The notes below the pieces were generated by a model. It did no database searches and had not been told where the DNA came from. It saw only the letters and a list, made by a program, of their open reading frames with translations. A stretch of 64,000 nt of DNA from Mustelus asterias (Eukaryota). Both the position numbers and the translations under genes were made by a program. Shown here one piece after another: positions 23,651 through 37,229 of this stretch (its first letter is position 1; each line of letters starts with the position of its first letter). The DNA lies in the NCBI RefSeq assembly GCF_964213995.1, contig NC_135803.1, positions 44,578,001 through 44,642,000 on the forward strand. Reading direction: 5' to 3'.

Positions 23651-25530
23651 AATTAGCAGTTAATCAATTGTATGCACAGATGCTTTTGCCATTTGCAAAA
23701 CCGTGCACCTTCTCCCCAGCAAAACAATCTGGGCCCCCTTTTCATCTTTAACAGCCACATGACCCAGATCTGTTGTCAGGCAGAAATCACAACAGGTCAC
23801 GTGATTACCTTCATTTTACCCCAAATTTTAAAATGGCACCAAAACATCATCAACTTCATATTTCTAGCACACTTTGTGTAATGACAACTTTAAACTGTTA
23901 TTAAAAGTACTTTTATAAATTGTATGAATGAAAAAATATAAGTGGGAAATGTTGGAATACTCAGCAATCTCAAGCTGTAATTTGAAGTGTAATGTACATT
24001 GTAAACATAACACAGAATGGTTACAGCACAGCAGGCCATTTGAGCCATCATGTCTGTACTGGCCTTCTGAGCAAGCAATTCACCTGGTGCCTCTCAGCTA
24101 CCCTTTCTCCATAGCCATACAAATGTTTCCTTTTCAAATAATGATCCAATCCCTTTTGAAGACTCAATTGACTCTACCCAGCATGTGCTCAGGCAGCACT
24201 TTTCAGATCCTAACCACTTACTACTTGAACATTTTTCCTCATGTTGCTGTTCCTTCTTTTGCCAACTACCGTAAGTCTGTGTTCTCTAGTGTTCTCAATC
24301 CTTCCACTAATGGGAGCTGCTTCTATCCACTTTGTCCAGACCCCTCATGATTTTGAATTTCTTGATCAAATTCTTCCCAACTTACCAAATCTGATGCCCA
24401 GAACTGGACATAACACCAGGTGAGACCAAACCAATGTTTTATACAAGTTTAAAATGTCCCTATTGGTAAGACCCAGGATGTCATATTTCTTACTAACTAC
24501 TCTCTCACCCTGCTTTGCCACCTTGAATGATTTATGAACAAATACAGCCAGCTCCTTTAAATCCTCTTTAGAATTATACCCTTTACTTTTTATTGTCTCT
24601 TTAATTTTTCGTACCAAAATGAATCACAACACTTCTTGCCATTACATTTTATCTGCCACTTATTTCCTCATTCCACCAATCTGTGTATGTCCTTTGAAGT
24701 TCTACACTGTCTTCCTCATGATTCACAATACTTACAAATTTCACATCATCCATAAATCTTGAAATTTTGCCCGTACACCAAGGTCTATGATATTTATATA
24801 TCAGGAAGAGCAGGGGTTCGTACACTGATCACTGGGGAATTCCACCATAAACCTTACTCTAGCCCAAAAAGTAACTATTCACCACAATTTATTTCCTGTC
24901 ATTTAGCCAATTTCATATACATGTTGCAACTGTTCCTTTTATCCAAGGGGCTCTGATTCTGCTCACAAGACTGTTGTGTGGCACTTTATCAAATGTCTTT
25001 TAGAAGTCCATGTACACCATATCCACAGCATTACCCTTGTCAACCCACTGTGTTACCTCATCAGAAAACTCAAGGAAGTTAGTTCAATGCAATTTGCCCT
25101 TAACAAATCCATGCTGGCTTTCCTTAATTAACCCGCATTTGCCCAAGTGATTATTAATTCTATTCAGAATTAATGTTTCTAAAAGCTCCCCCATCACCTG
25201 GGGTTAAACTAACTGATCTGTAATTGGGGCCGGGTTTATCTTTACACCCTTTTTTGAGCATGGGTGTAACATTTGCTATTCTCCATTCCTCTGGTACCAT
25301 CCCTGTGTCTGATGAAGATTGGAAAATTATGCCAGTGCCTCCAAAAGTTCCTCTCTCACTTCTTTCAGTATCCTTGGATGCATCTCATCTGGACCTGATG
25401 TCTTATTAACTTAAGAGCAGACAGCCTATCCAATATCTGGGTATCAATTTTAAACCCTTAAAGTGTCTGAACTGTCTCCTCTTTCACCATGATTTGGGCA
25501 GCATCATTTTCCTTGGTAAAGACAGTACAA

Positions 25531-25659
25531 AGGCTGGAATTCTCCCATCCCGCCCGCCACTTGAATTTTAGTGGGCGGGTTGCAGACAATGTGAAACCCC
25601 ATTGACAGTCGGATGGGAATTTCCAGCTTTTAGACCAGCGCAGCCGGAGAATTCTGCCC
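25531..25659. mobile_element. Short MITE inserted in a CR1; related remnants at ~50830-50955 and ~61725-61848
   Basis: Terminal inverted repeats GGCTGGAATTCTCC / GGAGAATTCTGCC; CR1 sequence continues on both sides. Confidence 0.7.
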
Positions 25660-25920
25660 AAAATATTCATTTAATACCTCTGCCATACTTCTTGCCTCCA
25701 TGTATAAATTCCCCTTTGGTCTCTAATCAGCTCCACTCTTTCTCTTATCATTCTTTTACTATTCATACGTCTATAGAAGACTTTAGGATTCATATTTACA
25801 ATATATGCCAATCTTTCATTTCCCTCTTAGCTGCTTGTATTTATTTTTTTCATTCCACTCTGAACCTTCTATATTCAGCCTACTTCTCAATTGTATTATC
25901 CACCTGACAGCTGTCATTTA

Positions 25921-26200
25921 CATAGAAACATAGAAACCCTACAGTGCAGAAGGAGGCCATTCGGCCCATCGAGTCTGCACCGACCACAATCCCACCCAGG
26001 CCCTACCCCCACATATTTACCCGCTAATCCCTCTAACTACACATCTCGGACAATTTTTTTAAAACCTGGCCAATCAACCTAACCCGCACATCTTTGGACT
26101 GTGGGAGGAAACCGGAGCACCCGGAGGAAACCCACGCAGACACGAGGAGAATGTGCAAACTCCACACAGACAGTGACCCGAGCCAGGAATCGAACCCGGG
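25921..26200 (-). mobile_element. HE1-type SINE, 5'-truncated
   Basis: Reverse complement matches 23306-23650. Confidence 0.88.
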
Positions 26201-29200
26201 ATTTGCACATTTTTACTGCTTCAATTTAATCTCTATCTCTTTTGTCATCCAGGGAACTCTGGATTTGTTGGCGCTACTGGGAATATAACATGACTGTACT
26301 TGAACACTCTCGCCTTTAAATGCAGTCCATTGTTCAGATAGTTTGTACCTCAGTCACACCTGTAATTGAGGTTCCTGACTACACTTGAGTGCCAAATGCT
26401 TTAATGGTACATTGAACTATATTGCTTTTACATAATGTCAATTTTGAACTGTTTTGTACTGTACTTTTAAAAATGTAATGAATAAAGTGTAATTTTGGAA
26501 AGAAAAATGTCAGGCAACATGGATGGAGAGCATTGGTGTGCAGACTGTTGTGGAAGAAGTGCTGCTTGATAGAACTGTCAACGACACCTTACATCAGATT
26601 ACTGATGATCAAGAGTAGACTATCTGGCAGTAATTGACCGGATTGAATTTGTCCAGCTTTTTTGTCCTGGACAATTTTCCACATTGTGAGATAGATGCTG
26701 GTATTGTAGATGTCTTGGAACAGCTTGACTAAGGGCTTGCTTTATTATAGAGCACATCTTCAGTACTACAGCCAGGATGTTGTCAGAGCCTTTTCTTTTA
26801 GCTGTTTTTTGATATCAGGAGGAGTGACAAAAATTGGCTGAACATTGGCATCTGTGATGAAAGGGACTTCAAGAAAAGGTTCTTAAACTTTCTACATCTG
26901 CTTCTCCTAAATTTGTTCCAATAGTTGTTATTCTGCTTAGCTTGCTTTCTCCCCACAAACTCATCTACTCTTTGTTGCTCCCATTGCCTTCACACAATCA
27001 GAACACATTTTGTTCCTTGGGACAAACTTCTCTGTGTACTACAATATTTTGTGGCTTTTTTCTAAGAAACCCTGTTGAATTTTTTAAAATTAATGTCATA
27101 TTTAATTTTAAAAGGATATCAAATCAGCACTGTGTATACAAAAATACACGTGATTCGTAAAACTTTTGAGACAGTAAACTATGCATCTAACATTTTGTGG
27201 TAACATTCTGTGAATTCATGTGTTATGTATTTGTATTAATTCTTATTGGACTCTGCTGTTTTTATGTTTTCACTGCAAGTGACAGCGTAAGTCCCCAGCG
27301 TTGGAACAGACAGAGAAGCAGCAACCATGTAAGAGAATACACACTTGTAAATAAATCTCCGTGCTCCCTCGCATCATTCTCCAATATACAGCACCATGCA
27401 TCTTTGTTAATAATGTGTATGTTTACTGATTGTTGTGCAATGTATTTACTACATGACAATAATAGAGCAATTACTTCAATATTTAGATTGTGGAAGGACA
27501 GTAGTAAATGTCAGAAACCATGGAGTGAATTTTGTCTATCATCCTGTTTTTCATTGTGAACATGGTAATAGTGGGCAGTACATTTCAGGGAAAAAAGGAT
27601 CTATATGCACCCAGACTTGCCTGTTGAAATTAAGGAACACCCAAACCCACCTGTATTCCCAGGTTAGCCCAATTGTAACACAAGGATATGCAGCACCCAG
27701 GTGTTTGCCCAGGCCAATATGCAGGAAACTGCTTCTCTGACCTGTACCTGCATTATTCCTTGCTCACAAAATCTGACGCAGTACATTCCAAACCCATAAT
27801 TACCTTGTATATTCCTGCCTTTTTATGGAGAAAGCCATGAACAGCACTGATTGACATTGAAATCAGAAGAAACAATCTCAATTTAAATATCAGAACAATA
27901 GGTTTTATTGTTTTGCTCAGTTTCTAATCACATGTTCATGTTGTCATCTAGCATTAGGTTAATCTGCAGAGGTTTCAATTTTCCTTTACAGAGGAACAGA
28001 TCTTTCTCTGCATCTCCTTTGGCAATGATGTACAGACTGATATTGTTCTTTGTTCAGACACATGGCCACCACCATCTCCTACAGCCACATGTCCTGCAGA
28101 AACTCCTCCACTACAGTGACATTGCTATATTTGGTCCAATTCTTCTCCTTTTTCATGTTTATCATGCTCTAAAAGTACAGAAAGTATACATGTCAGGTAT
28201 CTAAGCATATTTAGCAGGACGATTATATTTTGGGTTTGTTTTAGCTATTTTATCATAAAATTGATTTGGAAGGGAAAAAATTAAATGGATTCTGTATTGA
28301 GACAAGTGCTGAGGGAACACATGGCGAGTGAAGATGCAAATGAATTAACTTCGATGTTGTTCCTTGGCTGCAAATAATATTTGTTTCAATCAAAAGATAT
28401 GATATTTGCAAAGGATTAAAGTCGTATGCTCCCTTTCAAATTGTAAAAGGCAAAATAGAATATAGTGGCTAGTACAAATACTTTGTGAAAGAGAATGCTG
28501 CACAAATACTTTCATGGAGACAGAAATGCTGGATGTTACTGCTTAACTAAGACAACCAACTTTTGTGGGAAGGCTATTTTGTGTTACTACATGGAAATAA
28601 ATAGAATGGATTAAATCAAATGATTGTGTTTATAATTGTGTATAGCAAGATTCACCTTACTGTTAAAGTAGTTTAATAGTTTATACCTGGGCCTCATCAC
28701 ACCATCTATCGGCTCAGTCAATGTTTGCAGAGTCAAAGTTCACATGCAGAAAACACAAATATCCTGTTTATGTCATATGCTATCCCCCAAATGAGATAGA
28801 TGGCAGAGAGAGTCAATTCATGGAAAAAGAATGATACACAGAGCACTTAACAAAGTGATCGTGGCCATTGTATCTTAGAAGGAATCTCTCATAGACCCAT
28901 AATACTAACGGTATCTATTATCATGGAGTTGGAGTTTCTTTGACCTGATTTGTGCAGTGTAATTTATTGCAGCAGCTACAGTGGCTAGTTTTTTATAATG
29001 GTGTTTAGCTCCGATTTAAATTCATCAACTTCAATTATGCACATGAAGATACTGCTTGCATGGATAGTCATGATAAATATACTATTACCTTCAGACTAGA
29101 ATGATTGGTACAGTATGCACTGGGGTATCCTCCTTCAAGACCTCTGAACAATGTACAAAAATGTTAATTAAAATCTCCACCCATGATATGCTTTTGCAAT

Positions 29201-30708
29201 TTGCATTGTTGTATAAATTTGCAATGCACTTACAATTCAATGTTTACATGAAACTTGTTTTTTGTTGTAAATAATTTATAAGATTTCCATAATGTTATGC
29301 CCACTTGGAGAAATTAATTGCTTTGGTTGTTATTTTCAATTAATTCAAATTGTTATTGCAATGATCATGGGTAAGTCATGTACAAGGTTCACAATTATAC
29401 TGCAATGACAGAGGAAGAGGCTGTTCTTGGTGCGTGTGTGAATTATTTGCACTATTGGTGCATATAATTTATTTCATGGCATTACATCAGACAGTGGCAA
29501 AACTTGCACAAGATGATCATGGCTTAAATTTGCTTTTGTATTCAGAAAAAAATTACCAGAAAATCTCAACACCTTGACTCAGTGAAACTCCCTATAACAT
29601 CAGTTTCTAAAGTTGGCAATTGTGATTAGTTCCATTCTCAAGAGTGCTTAGCAATGAGAGAGATAGCTAGCTAATAACTGCCAACCTAATCTGTTATGTT
29701 GTTCCATGGACTGGTAAGCATAATCATTGGTAATTTAAAGTCTCTCAGTGCATAACATGCACTATGCCCAAGGCTGAATCGTCCAGTAAACTCGCATATT
29801 CGAGTAGCCAAGTAAGAATTTGGAAGAGATGCTGTCTTGAATTTCTAAGCAGAAATCACTTTGATATGCTTAAAGGAGTACATATGTCTGGTCCATTGTT
29901 ACATTCTTCAAAGTAAAACTCTGCTGCACTAGAGGAAATGATAATAAATGTCATCTTTGGTACTCAACAAAGACAAAAATTGACTATTTTGTTTCCAACA
30001 TAGAATATTATTGTACTGTTTGCTTTCATATGGTCAGTGTCTTATGAGATTGCAGAGATGAAAAAGTTTGGCATTGGACACAAGATTCAAAGGCACTTTT
30101 ATAACTTTCCGTAGAATTCTAATTGTTCTTTTGAGCTTTGAATTTTTTGCAGAGTTTACAGTCTGTCAATTGTTTGGCCATCAGTCACTACCACTGAAAA
30201 TGCGTGGTTATACTTGATGAATATTTTAAAAATGAAGCATTACTTTGTAGTAAGAGATACCCTGGTCCAAACATGCCCTATGTCAAAAAAGTCTAACATT
30301 GCTTTATGCTGGAAAAGAAAAAACGCACAAGAACAAATCAATTCAAATATATTTCTTTTGGAGCGTGTTCAATGGAAAAGACACAGATCTGTTTGGTTTT
30401 GGAGTCGTTTTTGACCTGGACTAATGAAAACTGAAGTAAATGATTGATGTTGCAAAATATGAATTTCGCCTTCAATCTTCCGTCTTTTAATGCCATTATT
30501 TTGAAAAAAGCAGTCCCTCAATTCACTTACCAAAGCATTCTCAAATTCCCAAATATAGGCCTTTGACCTATATGCCATGAGACTTTAACTGCTTTTTTTT
30601 CCTAAATCACAACCCCTCCATCACCATTATATCATTGTACCCAAAAGTACTATTATTCTTTCGCATCATAATTGTTCACCTAATAAAGGAGCAGAGATGG
30701 AGAGTTAC

Positions 30709-31721
30709 AACATAGAACATAGAACAGTACAGCACAGAACAGGCCCTTCGGCCCACGATGTTGTGCCGAGCTTTATCTGAAACCAAGATCAAGCGATCCC
30801 ACTCCCTATCATCCTGGTGTGCTCCGTGTGCCTATCCAATAATCGCTTAAATGTTCCTAAAGTGTCTGACTCCACTATCACTGCAGGCAGTCCATTCCAC
30901 ACCCCAACCACTCTCTGCGTAAAGAACCTACCTCTGATATCCTTCCTGTATCTCCCACCATGAACCCTATAGTTATGCCCCCTTGTAATAGCTCCATCCA
31001 CCCGAGGAAATAGTCTTTGAACGTTCACTCTATCTATCCCCTTCATCATTTTATAAACCTCTATTAAGTCTCCCCTCAGCCTCCTCCGCTCCAGGGAGAA
31101 CAGCCTTAGCTCCCTCAACCTTTCTTCATAAGACCTACCCTCCAAACCAGGCAGCATCCTGGTAAATCTCCTCTGCACTCTTTCCAGCGCTTCCACATCC
31201 TTCTTATAGTGAGGTGACCAGAACTGCACACAATATTCCAAATGTGGTCTCACCAAGGTCCTGTACAGTTGCAGCATAACCCCACGGCTCCTAAACTCCA
31301 ACCCCCTGTTAATAAAAGCCAACACACCATAGGCCTTCTTCACAGCTCTATCCACTTGAGTGGCAACCTTTAGAGATCTGTGGATATGGACCCCAAGATC
31401 TCTCTGTTCCTCCACAGTCTTCAGAACCCTACCTTTGACCCTGTAATCCACATTTAAATTAGTCGTACCAAAATGAATCACCTCACATTTATCAGGGTTA
31501 AACTCCATTTGCCATTTTTCAGCCCAGCTTTGCATCCTATCTATGTCTCTTTGCAGCCTACAAAAGCCCTCCACCTCATCCACTACTCCACCAATCTTGG
31601 TGTCATCAGCAAATTTACTGATCCACCCTTCAGCCCCCTCCTCTAAGTCATTAATAAAAATCACAAAGAGCAGAGGACCAAGCACTGATCCCTGTGGCAC
31701 TCTGCTAGCAACCTGCCTCCA
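30709..31721 (-). mobile_element. CR1 family B, 5'-truncated
   Basis: RT C-terminal half ending HTRMIGSGIA; tail (TTCTATG)n; near-identical to the copies at 44223 and 51125. Confidence 0.92.
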
Positions 31722-33123
31722 CTCTGTGTTTGCCATTCTGGTCTCCAGTTTCCCAATTTTAACTGCTCCTCCAACAGAGGTCATGCCGTCAGTTGCCTAG
31801 GCCCTAAGCTCCCTAAATACCTTCATCTCTTTTTCTCCTTTAAAATGCTCCTTAAAGCCTGTCTCTTTGATTACACACAACTACAAGGCTGAAAAAAATA
31901 AATAGTTTTGTCAGCTTCCATCTCAATGAGTCAGCTTCAAGCCAATCCACATTCAACAATCTGCTCTGAAAACCCTGCTCACATTTTGACAGCTGCGACA
32001 AATTCCATCACAGTAGCTGAAACAATGAACAAAACAACCTACAGCCAACAACCTTTTAAAAAAGTCAATTTGACCTATATCCCAATGTTAACTGATCCTT
32101 TAAAAAAATTCCACAATCTGACTCTGCCAAAAACGAGTCATTTCTTCCTTGGGCCATGCCCTATCTATGAACCATGTTCTGTTGAAATCTGTCCATTAAT
32201 TTTTAAGATACATTGTTTCCAGTCAAACCTACTGGGGCATTACCTCTGCTCACCTTTAATGGCGGCGTTCGAAAAAAGATTCAGGCAAATTGGTCATTAA
32301 TGGAGAAAGATTCACAAACAAAGTCACAAATTAAAAATGAGGGAGTTGGGCAAAGTAAAAAGGTCTGAGGGAAGGCCACTGAAGTAAATAGATTAAATAC
32401 ACTTCCAGTGAAGGGCAGGGATAAATCTGTGAAAAAGAGACAAGCTAATTGAATGTAATAACTTTTTCTAAAATGGCTGTGCTCTTAGCAGCCTCAAAGC
32501 AGGTAGATATTGAAATCGTTTCTTCAGAAGTAAAGAACTGTCACAGACGATGATGAGTGGTGAATTTAAACTGTAGCTATCAATTTGAGACCAGTAGCTG
32601 CACAACTGTTTCCAGCCAAATAATACCTTGCTGATACTGCCTGACTTTGCAAGTGTGAAAAATTCAACTCCCAGCAACTAAAATTTAGATTTTTATAGAA
32701 CAGGAGTGAAACTCTCTGCATTCTCATAATATAACTGCCAAGTTCAAAAAGTAATCTTGAAATCACAGAGATTCAATTCAATATCAAATAAACCACCTAG
32801 TTGGCCTCCCCTGCACAAAAAGCACTATTCAAAACCAGGTTATACAATTCACTGGAATAATATATCAGAGACACGTTGCTCGAGTACAATCAAGACCAAC
32901 TCTATATCTTCAGAATCATTTTGCAGCAACATTGCCATTTCAATATAAATACACACCAAGCCCTTCAATGTGTGTCAGTGTGATTGAATGACTGTGTTTC
33001 AGTTAACAGCTAAAGGGGAGTGAATATTTCATCCACTTATTCTGTTCAAAAGGTGCACTAACATATAGCTTTCAGATTCTGCAATTGGGCAACATATACA
33101 AATAGCTTCCCCTCTTATTATTA

Positions 33124-34074
33124 CTAGACATTACTGTTCCACAGATTATCGGCCTTACTTTCTCTGAGCTGGTTGATAATTTTAGTGAGATTGTCAATTT
33201 TCTGCTCTTTTCTTTTCAGTTTTTGTTGGAGTACTCTAAATTTTTGCCTCTGTTCTTCATTCTTCTTTCTTTCCCATGCAAGCTTCTTTTCTAGAGTTCT
33301 CCTAATGATATCTGGGCAAGGACTCATAAAGTAACTGTGATCCTGAGGAAATGTCATTCCTGACAAATCCTGATCATCGGCAGAAGCAAGCGCAGTCTCA
33401 GAGGAACACTGCAGTTCTTCAGAAACCAGGACTGGAGCCAATAAATGGGTCCCTGTTTCTGGGATAAACACTCCTGTAGATATCCAAGTAGTTTCTTCCG
33501 ATATTGTTGCTTGCTCAGATGTTAGATCTGTAGATGTTGTAAACAAACAGGGCAAAATAGTCACAGACATTGTAGGTACATCCAATGAACTAACGAGTGC
33601 AGTAGATGCATCCGATAGTACTTCAGGTTCACTGGCTGTCCAATGGAAGGCGTCTGAACACAGAGCTGCAGCTGAGTCTTGAGATTGTTCCTCTGAATGA
33701 ACTGTTACTAACCCACCTGGAACTGATTCCAGTTTTACCCCTGTTGTACATGATTGAGTTTGTGCAGTGCAGTTAAACAGCGTGAGGACTTCTGAAGACT
33801 CTGTTTCAGGTTTTAGAGGAACTTCCAATACTTGAGAAAACTCTGCTAAATTCAGGACAGCTGCGGCTGCTAGCTGAGCTAATCTCCCTGTATTAAGAGT
33901 CTCTGTAGTTAATGTAGACTGTAAGTCTGTGATTTTTGCTAGCTCGGTTGGCTGATGAAATGCTTCATCAGCTGAATCAGTTTGTGGTGGCAAATGTGAC
34001 ATCTGTCCTTCCGAACTTCCCTTACAATGTCCGCCAGAAGCTTTAGCCTCATGTAGCCTTCGGGAGCTTGTATT
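33124..34074 (-). CDS. THAP-domain protein exon 3: S/T/E-rich linker, DHSY HCF-1-binding motif, C-terminal coiled coil
   Basis: ttgtag|AAT; 951 nt open to TAG and in frame with ORF 33124..34002. QDHSYF is followed by a basic heptad segment. Joined CDS is 1212 nt = 403 aa. Confidence 0.88.
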   Translation of the reverse strand, partial: NTSSRRLHEAKASGGHCKGSSEGQMSHLPPQTDSADEAFHQPTELAKITDLQSTLTTETLNTGRLAQLAAAAVLNLAEFSQVLEVPLKPETESSEVLTLFNCTAQTQSCTTGVKLESVPGGLVTVHSEEQSQDSAAALCSDAFHWTASEPEVLSDASTALVSSLDVPTMSVTILPCLFTTSTDLTSEQATISEETTWISTGVFIPETGTHLLAPVLVSEELQCSSETALASADDQDLSGMTFPQDHSYFMSPCPDIIRRTLEKKLAWERKKNEEQRQKFRVLQQKLKRKEQKIDNLTKIINQLRESKADNLWNSNV

Positions 34075-34549
34075 CTACAAAATAGATAAGATTAAATGTT
34101 TTAAAAAACCGGAATACATTTTGAATTACATCTTAGCACGTATGCGATCATTTGAATTCACTCAATTTACCCAGTGGTACAAGAAACAACAGGGGCCATT
34201 CAAAATGACAATTTTTGGACCAAGTAAAGTCAACATTTCCTCATTGCAAAAAATAACCCTGTAACATATTTTTCAAAAGAACTCCTCCAGTGATATCCTT
34301 GACTTCAACAGTCAGTAAATGCATATTCAGTATGCCCACACAAAATACTGCCTACAATTCTTCTGAGAGGTTGACATTAAATGAAAGTGCACCAGTTCAA
34401 AGTATGCCAATACATCAGTTCAAAGTATGCCATAGAAATTGGGCTTTTGAGGACACTTTCTCAGCAGTTTTTAATCAATGCAGTAAGACTCTAGTTTGTA
34501 AGTTTTTACCAAATCCAGTTATCAAATCTGATGTAGTTTAAAAAAAATA

Positions 34550-34872
34550 AACATTCATGGAATGTGAGCGTCACTGGCTTGGCTAGCTAATTGCCCACCA
34601 TTTCAGAGCATTTGTGAGTCAACCATATTGCTGGGAGTCTGGAGTCACAGGTAGGCCAGATCGGGTAAGGATGGCAGATTTCCTTCCCTAAAGGATATTA
34701 GTGAATCAGATGTGTTTTTACAACAATCATCAGATAGATTTGTGGTCATTCTAAGACTTTTAATTCCAGATTTTTATTTAATTCAAAATTTACTATCTAC
34801 CTTGGTGCGATTTGAACCCGGGTCCCCAGATCTTGCCTGGGTCTAGTGACAATACCACTCTGCCACCGCCTC
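34550..34872 (-). mobile_element. tRNA-derived SINE, third family, in THAP intron 2; related copy at ~2770-3066 (+)
   Basis: B box GGTTCAAATC on minus; GCAAT(A/G)TGGTTGACTC core shared with 2946-2962; tail resembles the 3' end of the old LINE at 58420. Confidence 0.7.
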
Positions 34873-34924
34873 TCTGAGATTTACTAAAACAATTGACAAG
34901 ACACAATAATGGTTCAAACTGTAC

Positions 34925-35114
34925 CTTGGTTTTAGGAGGTGGAAATATGGTTGGAATGGAAGAGAATTTTAAATGCCTTCTATCATTCCGTTCCTCAAAA
35001 CAATCTTTTGTGAAGTGATCACTACATAGAGTTGCTCTCGGTGATGGCATCCAGTTTTCCCGTGCTACAGCTGTCAGCCATTTTGCCATGAGGTAAGGTC
35101 TTGAAATAGGAAAC
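34925..35114 (-). CDS. THAP-domain protein exon 2
   Basis: gtag|G...AAG|gtacag, 190 nt. FPISRPYLMAKWLTAVARENWMPSPRATLCSDHFTKDCF...IPTIF contains the conserved P, W, CSxHF and AVPTIF-like box. Confidence 0.93.
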
Positions 35115-37158
35115 CTACATCAACAGAATCAAAGACAAAATAGGAGGAGGGATTCAATAAAACTTACTGAAACTGCAAACACCCGAAATAGCATTTTCAG
35201 ATTTTTATCTTTATTAATTTGAAATGATGTACTTATCAGTCAAAGCATCTGCTCTGGGCAAAACTTATTGTCTTAAACGGCTCCATGCTGCTCAGATATC
35301 TTAAAACACACTTGACAATTAAATGAGTTGTCCGGTTAAATTATTTTGTTGAATGTTGGGTTTTAACAAATAAAAATTGAAGTACGCAGCTCTACAGCTC
35401 TTTCTAAAAATAAACAAATATTCAACAATAGGCACTAACACTTAAACAAACACATTAATGGATTAAGAAATACATGTTAGCAAGAAGTTCAAAAATCCAA
35501 AGGTTGCCCTTTGCTGGTATGAAACACAATCTATGACACTGAATAAAAAAGTAAAAGTGAAAATAACTCTAGTAAACTCTCAAAATAAATCTCACTCTGC
35601 AAGTACTTGTTATAAAAACTGATTATAGTTATAAACTAAAATTAATTCATGTAAATTACTGGATAGATAAATTCATGCAAATCTTAAACATTATTTCAGA
35701 TTACCTGGCATATTACAAATCCAAAACATCAGAAAGTATCTGAAAACACAGGCCTTAATAAAAACATATTTCTTGTTATGTAATTGTTGCTTAAACATTT
35801 AACGCAAGCATCTATTAAAGATTTTCACGCTGCAGTCACATATTATAGATTTTTGCTCACATGGTGATTGCCTTTTTTCGTTACCGTCTCAAAGCAATTA
35901 CAGAAAAACAATTCCCACAGGAGCATACTATTTAAAAGTTCTTAACTTTATACTCATAAATTGTGAATTTCTTTAAAATTTCAAAATGTTACTACAGATT
36001 TTTCATGTATTCTGCAACCTCACCACCCAAATTTTGCCCTCAAACTGCTAGATCAAAGATGGTAGATTTGCAAGACTTGCCTAAAAAAAAGCAAAGTTTT
36101 ACAATATATTAAAATCTAATTTTATTTGTTGTACCCCAAAACTTTGTATTCCTGCTCAACCGTGATGTCAGTCAAGTTTGCAATTTTTATATACGGATAT
36201 CTGTTCGTGCACAAATTACACAATGGTTTCCAGCTAGACATAGTTAAGTATACAGCCAGCTCAACACATTCACTATCCAGTTCCTAATCTCAAGATAATA
36301 AAAATACTAAGTGCTGGAAAATCTCAATCGGTCTGGCAGCATCTGTGGAGAGAGAAATAGAGTTTCGAATCCAATATGACCCTAAGCTCAAGATGCTTGT
36401 TATGTAACTAGGCTGTTTCTGATACAAGAAAACCACTCAAAACTTGAAGACTTTCGTGCTATTGAGATTGCTGTAATATAGGGTTGCAACCCTCCTCTAC
36501 CACAAGGCTCCAGGTACTTGGCATCATCACTACACAGTGGTTAGCAAGGTCAGTAGCAATACAGGCCAACAATTCATAGCCAATAAATTCTACTGAGTAT
36601 AAACTTAATCATGCAATTCTTATATCTGTGTGTGATGGTGTTTTTCTGGAACCTCTGGAAAGCTAATTTTCTTGGTTTGAACTCGTTAAGAAAATATATT
36701 TATGAAACGGTGACAGAGACTAACAGGAATAATGATTGAAGCCATGTTGGCCAATGCAGACGTACATATGCAGACTGTACCATCCGTCTACTGAAGAAGG
36801 GAGTACAGGGTTGTAGATGGATACTTGATTCAAACATTAATAAAAGGAAGCATCTTCCGAAGGTCAAATTGCACACCCCATTGCAAGGTGTCTTGGTAAA
36901 CTTGCTTTAAATTGCAGGAAATGCTGTTAAACAAAATCACAGATAGCAATCAAAACAAAATATCCAGGTCTGCCTGTGGTGCACGAACTGAGGTGAATGA
37001 TTAAAATCGCCACCCTTGCACCGAATGCAAATTTTAAAAATGCGCTCCTGCAAATTCTCACGCAGGACCAGTGACGTTGAAATCCTATCAGAGTGATTTT
37101 TTTTTTCTGAAAGGGGAAGTTGACCTTCTTCGGCAGCCTTGAATTGGTGGCAGGGTAC

Positions 37159-37229
37159 CTGTGAAAAGTGATACCGCTGCCTTTCTTGAAGCGGTTCTTG
37201 CAGTCCAGTGCGCTGCACGATACTGGCAT
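37159..37229 (-). CDS. THAP-domain protein exon 1
   Basis: ATG at 37229; MPVSCSALDCKNRFKKGSGITFH(R) gives the C-x4-C start of a THAP zinc finger. Donor AG|gtaccc; 71 nt. Confidence 0.92.

Larger units (their letters stand above)
24005..26345 (-). mobile_element. Degraded CR1 LINE carrying a nested MITE and SINE
   Basis: RT remnants (LYKTLVWSHL); similar to 7175-9030. Boundaries approximate. Confidence 0.7.

Noticed and set aside
30789-31784. 331-aa ORF with its own ATG as a domesticated RT gene
   Set aside because: The N-terminal ~21 aa come from flanking sequence beyond the 5' truncation at 31721; the rest is an ordinary CR1 family B copy.
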